DNA of 23,314 nucleotides from Catajapyx aquilonaris (lineage: Eukaryota), in contig JYFJ02001310.1 of NCBI GenBank assembly GCA_000934665.2, positions 62,001-85,314 of the forward strand. Reading direction: 5' to 3'. Positions 13,315 to 21,596 of this stretch are shown here, piece after piece (within the stretch, counting starts at the first letter, position 1; every line of letters begins with the position of its first letter). The notes below the pieces were generated by a model, which worked only from the letters and a program-made list of their open reading frames with translations, was not told the origin of the DNA and did not search any database. The translations under genes and the position numbers were made by a program.

Positions 13315-13834
13315 CAGCGTTGCCAACCTGTACCGTGGACAGTGACCGTGGATCATACGGTCATTTACGCAGCTGTGTACGGTGTACGGTAATAACACGT
13401 ACGGATACAATCGCCTTTGTGTACTCAAAATAAAATAAAATAAAAGATACATTTACATAATAAAATCATATCGGACCTGCTTACAGTACAAGAGGATTCC
13501 GCTGTTCTCTGTCAGTTACATTCACCTAAGCTTGTGCGACCTTGAACCTGAAAAAAATTCCGCCTGCGGCGGGCACTTTCCCGCTATACTCGCTTTACCC
13601 TTTGCGGTCCCTTTTGCAGCGGGTTGCACATGCATTTTGTGCGGTTCTGACCTAACCTAACCTAACCTGACCTAACCTAACTTAACTAACACACACCTGT
13701 TTCTAATATTTTCCCCTAAGGTTTCATTCACAAAATATGCTATGTTTTAAAATGTACGGTATTTTTAAAGGCGAAACCCGGTAATTTTGACTCTGGTGGT
13801 ACGGTAGTTTCGATGGGTCAGGTTGGCAACGCTG
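13315..13834. mobile_element. Non-autonomous hAT DNA transposon, 520 bp, intact ends
   Basis: Perfect 16-bp terminal inverted repeats (TIRs) CAGCGTTGCCAACCTG / CAGGTTGGCAACGCTG. Perfect 8-bp TSD CACGTCAG at 13307-13314 and 13835-13842. Clustered subterminal TACGG/CCGT motifs at both ends. Confidence 0.9.
13651..13690 (+). repeat. (CCTAA)n arthropod telomere-type repeat tract inside the hAT element
   Basis: cctaacctaacctaacctgacctaacctaacttaactaac; reverse complement of TTAGG repeats. Confidence 0.8.
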
Positions 13835-13868
13835 CACGTCAGTCTCAAGTTGCGGTCTTTTGTTCTTC

Positions 13869-16800
13869 ATGGCGAAGTCTGCTTCCCTGGCCAAGGTTCC
13901 ACTCGGGTCCAAGGGCCAGGAGAAAGGTCCTTTCGGGGTGGTGCACAGGTTCGGTACAAACCGACGGTGAGTTTGGGAGTGATGAACAGTCCTTTACTGA
14001 AAAGTTCGGGTATCAAAACTGCAGAAAAAGGGAACGTGGTTCGAAATGATGGTGACGGGCATGCGACCCCGTTTCTGCTTTCTATATGGCTGCAATATGC
14101 ACTACTAAGACTACATACCGATTAATGAAATCTGCCAAAAATGTAATATTAGCTCACCCGAAAATTATGCAGGACCAAGATATCAGAAAAATTTTTTCTG
14201 CCGTCTCATTTGTGCACAATTTTGTACCTGGAAAACTGTATTTTCCCACCGAGGACCAAGAAATGGTGTGTTATACCCAAGGTGAGGTGAAAATTAGACT
14301 GTTAAATCGGGAGTGCATACGCAGGGCCTTATGGAAGCATGCCGGGGCCGGCCTTTATAACCAAAAAGTCTGTAGTTATAGCCGAGGCTGTTACGTCTGG
14401 ATTCAACTGTAATAAATCCAATCCGTTCACCCCAGAGCAGCGGGGTAACATTTTGTTAACAAAATGGCAAGGTGTAAGCAACAGTTGACATTGCTAGGTG
14501 ATGGAATCATGAACAAATGAAGTATTTGACGGAAAAGAATTGGTGAAAAAAAAAAATCATAACTTAAATCCTGCAGCAGGTGGAACTGTGAGGTTTTTGA
14601 ACATAGATCCGCACCATCCTACTGCGCATTCGGCCAATTCCGAATAGTCATTGAGCAAAAAAAATGGAAACGTATTTTTTAGTGGTTTTTAATTTCTTGC
14701 GATGTTTTGAAGAGGAATTTAATTTAGCTGTAAATGGTAGGAATGCACTTCACGATGGTGGGGATCTGTGTTCAAAATTTGGAAGCTCTACCTACAGCGG
14801 AACCTGAGTTAGGGCGAATAAAAAAAGCGTAACAAGAAGAAGATGATGTTGAAAAAATTCACTGTTGAAAATTGTTGTATGGTCTTAGGGCCAGTTGCAC
14901 CGACCTCAGTATAACTTAGAACCTCGGGTATATCAAGAATTGCCATAGCAATCATTGTTGGTCAACAATGATTGCTATGGCAATTCTTGATATACCCGAG
15001 GTTCTAAGTTATACTGAGGTCGGTGCAACTGGCCCTTACTTAGCTCCTCATTAGTGTTCCTCATTGTTTTATTGTAAAAAAAACTCTGTTATGGACATTT
15101 GCCTACTCTAAAATTCAAGGATTCAATTGTCACAATCGAGTCAAACACTTCTTTCGGTACGTCTGGTAGACGGAGATCAAGAAATTGAGCCTTTCTGTAC
15201 GTGTGGCCTACTCTCGACCCTTCGGCTGGGAAATGAGAAAATTTTCTGTACTCGCCAACATGAGCTTCGACTTAGGGAGACTGAAAATGCATTGACATCC
15301 CATCGTAAGCCCCTGCCTGCACTTCGAGTTATAGAAATTCGTGATAGGCCTCCTTGGGCCTCTTAGGGGATCATCTTTTAAATACCCGACTTTAATCATT
15401 GCCTTTGCTGTGATGGGTTTTGATTGTGGGAGGAAACAGGAGAACCCGAGAAAACCCACGCGAACACGGAGATAACCCATCGAAACTCTATCCACTTAAG
15501 CATCCTCCGTACGACCTGGGGATCGAACTTGGGATCTTAGAGGTGGAAGGCTGTGGCGCTAACCACTCCGCCACTGTGTCGCCCATACATTTCATGAATT
15601 ACTGTTATTATTAAATTAATCGAACCAATCACTAGGCCGGATGTGAGTTCGTATTTTTTTGCCCACCCATCAACTTGCATTAACCCTGTAGCGGGCATTG
15701 TTGCCTGAGGGCAACAATTAATTTGCGCAGGCGCCATAAGCTTCAACATTGGTCCTGGAAACCACAGTGTGGCTTGATGTCACCGTTAGTTTGTTAGCTT
15801 CCGCTGGATGACATGCAATGTCGACAATGTTACGATCGGGATAAGGTATGAAGCGGAGAGGAGCCAAGGTCGTTGAAAATGGCGCGAAATTTGAATTTGC
15901 TGAAGCAGCAATTGTTTCTGGAGCTGATTAGATATAGGTGCAGATATTAAATATCGAATTGCATGTGTAACACTGCAAGAGTAGCTTTCTCGTCGCCATT
16001 TGAGGCCATTCTAATTTTGCCAGCACAATTTCATCACAATTTTTTGGCGGCGCAGGCACTATATTGCTTGAGTCCTAAGTCATTGTACTATTTTTATTCG
16101 AAAACGGAAATATGTACAGATATGATCATTCCTATGTTTTAAAGGCCCGGCGATTACAATTTGGACTGGAATAGAGATGGCCCCGAGATCTCAAGGGGAG
16201 CCGGTAAACGAAAGGGGATCGTGACCCCCCACCCCGAGCTGCATGACACGGTGGAAGGGTGGGGGTTATGATCGCCTTTAGTTTTCTGGTCCCCTTTGCG
16301 ATATGGATGCCATCTATTTATCAGATGAAATTGTGACCTTCAAAACTTAGCAAAGGTCATCTCTGTATGTGTTACCATTTTTGAATAAAAAAATACTCGC
16401 CATGACTTTTGACTCACCCGGTGTAACTTCAAAGTCATTGGGTCAGAGATGACCAAAACATAATAAAAACCATCCTTACGTCGCATATGATGAGAAAAAG
16501 GCGTTAGAATTATTTTCTTCCCACAATCCTAAATATTTTTTACCTAATTGGCCTAATCAAACATACCCTAGCAGAACCCAGTGACCCAATGACATGGAAA
16601 GATAGTGTGCAAGTGAATGTTGAACTTGTAGATGCATTTGTGCATTATTTTTCTTCTTATTCCTAGGGATCTGAATAGACGGAGGCAGCGCAACAGGCAG
16701 TCACGTGATGAGTTACGGCCTGTGGCTAGTGCCAAAGACTCACTCAAGGTCTCTTTGGCTAAGTCTGAGATGGAGCTATTGAAGCTGCAGAAGGAATGCG

Positions 16801-16983
16801 ATGAGTTTCAGAGCAAGTTCAAAAGCTGCCAAGAACTGGTGGATGACATGATTGCAAATTGCAACACCAGGAAGCCCAGCATTGAGGAGAGTGTCATGGC
16901 ACTGTCTTCCCGTGAGATCCAGAGGAAGAAGCCTCGTCATGTAAAGCCAGGCAGTGAAGATTCACCAGTGATCTTGAAGGCCA
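13869..16983 (+). CDS. Uncharacterised coiled-coil protein, exons 1-3 of a probable spliced gene
   Basis: Exon 13869-13966 (ATG...CG|gtgagt), exon 15798-15845 (ttag|...AG|gtatga) and exon 16667-16979 or 16983 (pyrimidine tract, ctag|) join in phase 2/2 without stops: MAKSASLAKVPLGSKGQEKGPFGVVHRFGTNRRFRWMTCNVDNVTIGIRDLNRRRQRNRQSRDELRPVASAKDSLKVSLAKSEMELLKLQKECDEFQSKFKSCQELVDDMIA... with a heptad-like helix. No family recognised. Confidence 0.6.
14426..14850. mobile_element. Possible Helentron/DINE-1-like non-autonomous element
   Basis: Terminal GC hairpin ACCCC-agagcagc-GGGGT (14429-14446) and an internal 24-bp inverted repeat with 2 mismatches (14595-14618 / 14754-14777). Class assigned by resemblance only; boundaries are approximate. 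Confidence 0.4.
14888..15035. mobile_element. PIF/Harbinger-like palindromic MITE, 148 bp
   Basis: Two perfectly complementary 73-bp arms (14888-14960 and 14963-15035) with a 2-nt spacer. Termini GGGCCAGTTGCACC; TTA TSD at 14885-14887 and 15036-15038. Confidence 0.92.
15340..15584 (-). mobile_element. tRNA-derived SINE with a V-domain-like central block (copy 1, head intact)
   Basis: Minus strand: A box TGGCGGAGTGGTTAG, B box AGTTCGATCC, central GCGTGGGTTTTCTCGGGTTCTCCTGTTTCCTCCCA, and tail AAAGATGATCCCCTAAGAGGCCCAAGG shared with the copy at 20106-20343. Confidence 0.85.
16170..16425. mobile_element. Tc1/mariner-type MITE fragment with an internal imperfect inverted repeat
   Basis: Right end reads TACACCGGGTGAGTCAAAAGT on the minus strand (Tc1/mariner-like terminus). 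Nested imperfect inverted repeat AAAGGGGATCGTGACCCCCCACCC / GGGTGGGGGTTATGATCGCCTTT centred near 16245. No left TIR found. Confidence 0.45.
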
Positions 16984-17238
16984 GTATTTGTTACCTTTTT
17001 TAATGAATATTTTTAAAGTACTGAAGTTCACATCATTGCCATCATCTAGGAAGGCTTAGTCCCATGTAGAATGTTTGAATATCACATAAACTGGTTGGAG
17101 CTGTTTAACTGACAGTGAGTTACAAGGCAGGGCATTTCCTGCTGCATTGGCAGGGCCATATGAAACTATTATTGGCGGGTCCGTAACAACCCACCCAATG
17201 CACATTCACCCAACCACTTTTTGCCCACACCCCCTCCA

Positions 17239-17381
17239 TACATGTGAGCGATTTGACATGCGAAATTTTCACCGAGGCTGAAATTAACAATCAATTTTCC
17301 CCTCAAACAATATTGGTTACTTGGGTTACTCAGCCTCGGCGAAGATTTCGCTCGTCAAATCACTCACATGTAAACTCACCT
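17239..17381. mobile_element. Harbinger-like MITE, left terminus eroded
   Basis: 43-bp inverted arms (17239-17281 / 17330-17372) with 5 mismatches; right terminus CATGTAAACTCACCT. Confidence 0.7.
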
Positions 17382-17398
17382 TGACTGTTTGTTGCATA

Positions 17399-18258
17399 CG
17401 AGGGGTGTTGAAAAAAAGACCCAACTTTTTCTATACAGACTATTACTCAATTTGCAACATTTAAGTACTGTCCCCTTTAAAGTAGTTCCCTCTACTGGCG
17501 ATCGACAGTTTTAAATTTTTCTTCCATTGTTGGAATGCTTCCTGGAACGCACTTTCTGTGATGGCGTGCAATGCTCTTGTCACATTGTCCTTATTCGCAT
17601 CTATGGTTCGGAAATGACATCATTTCAAATTGATTTTAAGTTTTGAACGTAGCAAAAAGTCTGGTGGGGCTAAGTCCGGAGAATAGGGGAGATTGGCACA
17701 ACGGATGTCTGACGTTTTGCCAGATAACTGATGACGAGGAGCCATGTGTGAGCCGGCATTGCCATGACGCAATATCCGAGTCTGTCTTTCCCACAATTGA
17801 GGGCTTTCCTGGGAACAGCATCCCTCAAACGCACTAAAACATTTTGGTACAACACTGTTTGCCTGCCAGTTTGACAAAATGGTCCAAATTCATAAAGAAG
17901 AATGCATTTCCAATCCAAAATCACAACCAACATCACCTTGACCTTTGCCCGACTGATCTGTGCCTCTTTTGGTCGAGGAGACCCTTCCCAAGTATGCTTG
18001 GTAAAGCAATTGAAATGTTTATGTATAACTATTACCAATATTTTAGCTAAATTTCACACAAGCTCGTTGTTTTTCAAGGTCTCTCATTTTCACTTTCTCA
18101 CTAATTCGACCAAGAGCTCGTCCAAGTCCTTACTTAAGTGTCTCAATGACCAATGGTCATTGCGGAACGTGGCACATGGCAATTTGTTGTCAAGACATGT
18201 CGCTAGGTGCTGTCAGTAGCCACAATGCGCTCTTTATGCCGGTTGACGCTCTATTTAA
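17399..18258 (-). mobile_element. Degenerate, internally deleted mariner (DD34D) transposon
   Basis: 3' TIR TA-CGAGGGGTGTTGAAAA at 17397. Transposase relics on the minus strand: MRDLEKQRACVKF...TFQLLYQAY (ATG at 18087), joined directly to GSPRPK...KVKVMLVVILDW...Y..VL.RLRDAV, then HGNAGSH, PYSPDLAPPDF..KLK..LK and AF.EAFQQW...GNYFKGDST* (stop at 17461). Stops and frameshifts present; 5' TIR not seen. Confidence 0.92.
17461..18087 (-). pseudogene. Mariner transposase pseudogene
   Basis: YSPDLAP motif and flanking mariner motifs are split across ORFs 17620-17877 and 17670-18038; in-frame stops near the N-terminus. Confidence 0.88.
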
Positions 18259-18615
18259 GGGGGCGCATTATTAAATATACGGGAGGCCCATTTTTGAGGG
18301 AATTTTATATTTTTGTGGCGAAACGCACCGTTCATCGGAAGGTGCCCTGTGCAAAGCTTTGGCCTTTACTATGGTACCATACTTGATATGATTGCATTAA
18401 AATTGGGGACATACGGGCGCCGAAGCGTTCCCGACTTTGTCGCGTTCTTGCCGCCGTGTTATTCAAGTGGGCTTCTCGGGAACGCCATTTTCCTTTCACT
18501 TCAACTCGATGAAAAGGTCACTTCTAGGCCGAAAATTGTAAAATGACAACGAAGGTGCCCTGCGCCAGATCATGTCCTATTTTTTGGTGTAATTTTTGTG
18601 TCCATTGCACCATTT

Positions 18616-18934
18616 TTGCGGCAGTACAGTTGCTCAACAAACTCCATGAAAATGTGTCGGTACTCTTCGGTGTTAACAGTCCTGTGGAAGAAAATTGGTC
18701 CCACTATTCTCTGTGCGGAGATTGCGCACCAAACCTGCATCTTGACAGCAACTGTCACAAAATTGCGCAAAACAGCTGGCAACACCACAGATATGAACAC
18801 CCGCGCAATCTACTGACAAGGAACCGAATCTCCAAAGGACCCCGCTTAATTCGAAACTAAAAAGGGGCCATTATGTGCATGTCCATCCAAATAAAGAAAT
18901 AAAGAAATGTGTCAGTTTTATATGAATCACCCTG
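18616..18934 (-). mobile_element. Tc1/mariner superfamily fragment, rosa/DD41D-like, internally deleted
   Basis: Terminus TA-CAGGGTGATTCA on the minus strand at 18936. Relic KMQVWCAISAQRIVGPIFFHRTVNTEEYRHIFMEFVEQL resembles the VWC...IIGPxFF...Y motif of these transposases. Confidence 0.75.
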
Positions 18935-19493
18935 TATAATAAAAGGAAAATTCATATATGAAAATGGTGACTTTTATATATCAATGGAAAGGCAAGACTA
19001 TGTGGAAGTTAGCAACATTATATCCAGTTTTTATCTGATATTGTTGTGTTAGGAGGGAGCCATTGAAAGACTCGACTAGGCTTTAGAATGTCATCTATCA
19101 AGTTTAATCAACAATTTCAATATACTACAGTGGATGCATAGTAACTTTGGTGAGCCGGCAGGCAAGCACTGCCTGGTCGGGATAACCTCACCGACAAACT
19201 TCCCCTGAATCTCATCGGCCGCCTAGCCATTCCTTTCCCTGGCTCATTTCCCACCAAAAACCTTCAAAGCCAGAATCTACCTGCTCTTGCTTGACCTCCA
19301 CAAGGTCCGCGCCTTGCCCATAAAAGCAGCACCCAAGGCACGGGCAACAAAATAACCATACAACAGATATTCAGTAGCACACATTCCTTTTGTTTCGCAC
19401 AGCGAGATATTAACGTTAAGGCATTTTCACTGGGGATCACATCACTGTTACTTAATGTGTGACTTAATCTGAGCTATTCTTTTTTATTTCCAG

Positions 19494-19711
19494 AATCCAA
19501 AGCGAATGCAGCAAAGAGAGAGCTTCGAGCCATCTTCACTGCTCTCCGCTTTCCTTCAAGTATACGCACCCTCTTTGGCCATGTCTCCTGTTCAGATGCA
19601 GACATGCAAGATATACAAGAACCCTCACCTGAATATACGAGATTGGCGGTCATCTGCCTCTGGATGAAGCCCATGTTCCTCAGCAGCTGGCTAATAAAAA
19701 AACGGAACTAA
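19494..19711 (+). CDS. Candidate downstream coding exon of the + strand gene (frame unresolved)
   Basis: Strong acceptor ttctttttatttccag|. Phase 0 is open to TGA at 19665-19667, followed by AATAAA at 19693. Phase 1 is open to TAA at 19709-19711. A strong donor AAG|gtaagt follows 19841. Confidence 0.35.
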
Positions 19712-20105
19712 CTTTCTGGATGCGTCTCGTATTGATTTATTTTTTTATATCTGAGAGCCTAAGAGGAGACCCGAGAGACCTCCTATGAGACTCATTATCA
19801 TGACCCTGTGACAGCATTAACGTGGTGGGAGACCTGATAAGGTAAGTTATGCTTCTATAATTAATTTTTATTGCATTTCACGGCTGACAGTACTGTGTAC
19901 ATATTATGTAAATTACAAGCCACGGAAAAATGAACTTAGAGTTAAATTTTTGTGCTTAACTGTAGGCCACACCTGCCTTAGGCATACCCTTGCGCATTGA
20001 ATATCAGACATTGTTGGTTTATCAGTGAAATCCTCACATTAGTTCAAAATTTCCCTTTTCTTCATCTTTTTCCCCTCCAGCCCACACATGATTATGCTAG
20101 CAACA

Positions 20106-20283
20106 AGTTTCGATGATGGGTTCTGTCCGTGTCTGCGTGGGTTTTCTCAGGGCTCTCCCATTTCCTCCCACTATCAAAATCCATCACAGCGCAGCGCAGT
20201 CAATGAATAATGCTGATTAAATAAAAAGATGATCCCCTAAGAGGCCCAAGGGCCCCATGGGGGCCTAATAATCACGGGGTATC

Positions 20284-20343
<60 letters not shown>
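20106..20343 (+). mobile_element. 5'-truncated V-domain-like SINE (copy 2) with an (ATT)n tail
   Basis: GTGTCTGCGTGGGTTTTCTCAGGGCTCTCCCATTTCCTCCCA and AAAGATGATCCCCTAAGAGGCCCAAGG match the copy at 15340-15584 in the opposite orientation. Confidence 0.85.
20285..20343 (+). repeat. (ATT)n microsatellite, about 19 units
   Basis: Read directly from the sequence. Confidence 0.97.
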
Positions 20344-20909
20344 CCAGTTGCTTCATGTAACATCGAAAGGTCATTTTTAGCATCGTCAGACAGGCATCAC
20401 ATCGCAGACTACCGCGGATAACCCGGGTCCGATTGTTTTAATATCAAAATGAGTCATCCAATCATATTAATAATAATAAATATCCAGGTGGAGGAAACCA
20501 ATCGTTGAAATGATGCACAGAATTTGAAGGGAAAAAAAGCGACATCGTCTATTTTCAGTCGGTCAATTTGCATGACTGTATACAAGTGTAATCATAATGT
20601 GCCGTAAATAGGCAGCTGAGGTCCTGTTTACCTTCAGTGGCCTGCTGGAGCCTATAATATTACGCTTACAGTCATGCAAATTGACAGACCGAAAATAGAC
20701 GATGTCACTTTTTTCCCTGCAAATATATTATGTACATCATTTCAACGATTGGTTTCCTCCACCTGCGAATATTTATTATTATTAATATGATTGGATGACA
20801 CTTTTTGATATTAAAACAATCGGACCCGGATTATCCACGTAGTCTGCGATGTGATGACTGTCTGACAATGCTAAAAATGACCTTTCAATGTTACACGAAG
20901 CAACTGGAT
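20342..20909. mobile_element. Foldback/MITE-like element with about 240-bp imperfect inverted arms
   Basis: 20342-20580 is the diverged reverse complement of 20667-20909 (ATCCAGTTGCTTC...CATGACTGTA / TACAGTCATG...GAAGCAACTGGAT). Confidence 0.85.
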
Positions 20910-20919
20910 GATGATGATG

Positions 20920-20976
<57 letters not shown>
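20907..20976 (+). repeat. (GAT)n followed by (AAT)n microsatellite
   Basis: Read directly from the sequence. Confidence 0.97.
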
Positions 20977-20977
<1 letters not shown>

Positions 20978-21085
20978 AGTGAAACCTGCCCATAACGGAA
21001 CCTGGCTATAGCGGAAACCTATCCATTAGGACATTTTTTCCGGGAACGGGCACATGCATAGGGTATTTTCCTATGTATTTTCCAC
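20977..21085 (+). mobile_element. pogo/Tigger-like MITE end fragment
   Basis: TA-CAGTGAAACCTGCCCATAACGGAACCTGGCTATAGCGGAAACC: CAGT terminus with repeated subterminal motifs. No partner end found. Confidence 0.55.
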
Positions 21086-21145
21086 GTGTCTCATAATATA
21101 TTGCTATCGGCTGGCCCTTGGCGTTGAAGATAAATAAGATAATTA

Positions 21146-21483
21146 GGAGGCGAAGTGGCGCTGCGGTAACGTATGCGCCCGCGGATGTTAAGGTCCCGGG
21201 TTCGATCCCAACCCGGGGTTCCCCCCTTCATCTCGCGCAGAGTGAGACCGTCTCTGGCTTCGTTTCGGGTGGCGATCCTTTCACATATGCCACCCGGGGG
21301 AGTTCACAAAACGGCACATCAACGACATTGCACACGCACTTTGCACATCCCCTCCTACCTACCCTTGGAACACACTAAATACTATCTTAGTATACCGGTT
21401 CCACCCAAATGGTGGTATTCCACCCCCCTAAAGGAAATGTAACTCCCAATGGGGTAATGCAGAAAATAATAATAAATAAATAA
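21146..21483 (+). mobile_element. Full-length tRNA-derived SINE (second family) with TSD
   Basis: A box TGGCGCTGCGGTAA, B box GGTTCGATCCC, (AAT)/(AAAT)n tail, and a 16-bp TSD ATAAATAAGATAATTA at 21130-21145 and 21484-21499. Confidence 0.9.
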
Positions 21484-21596
21484 ATAAATAAGATAATTAA
21501 GGGTGAGGAAAGGGGCCTGTTTTAGGTTGGGAAACTCAAAAAACCGCTTGTGGGACTAGTTATAGCCAAGAGGATGTGACTCATGTGATTCGTAGG

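Larger units (their letters stand above)
12964..13868. promoter_or_regulatory. Head-to-head region between the ECM29 ATG and the + strand gene ATG; probable bidirectional promoter and 5' UTRs
   Basis: Divergent ATGs at 12963 (-) and 13869 (+), about 0.9 kb apart. Promoter function is inferred from the geometry only. Confidence 0.55.

Noticed and set aside
15127..15366. 79-aa + ORF as an exon of the + gene
   Set aside because: Its gtaag donor is phase 1 in that frame, incompatible with the phase-2 junctions, and its end overlaps a SINE.
20360..20392. Possible hammerhead ribozyme in the foldback arm (CTGACGA and CGAAA)
   Set aside because: The two core motifs are on opposite strands, and CTGACGA is not retained in the other arm.
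20805..21011. Poly-D/poly-N ORF
   Set aside because: Translation of the (GAT)n(AAT)n microsatellite.
21146..21220. tRNA gene (also 15510-15584)
   Set aside because: A and B boxes are present, but they continue into SINE bodies with tails, TSD or multiple copies; no convincing cloverleaf.
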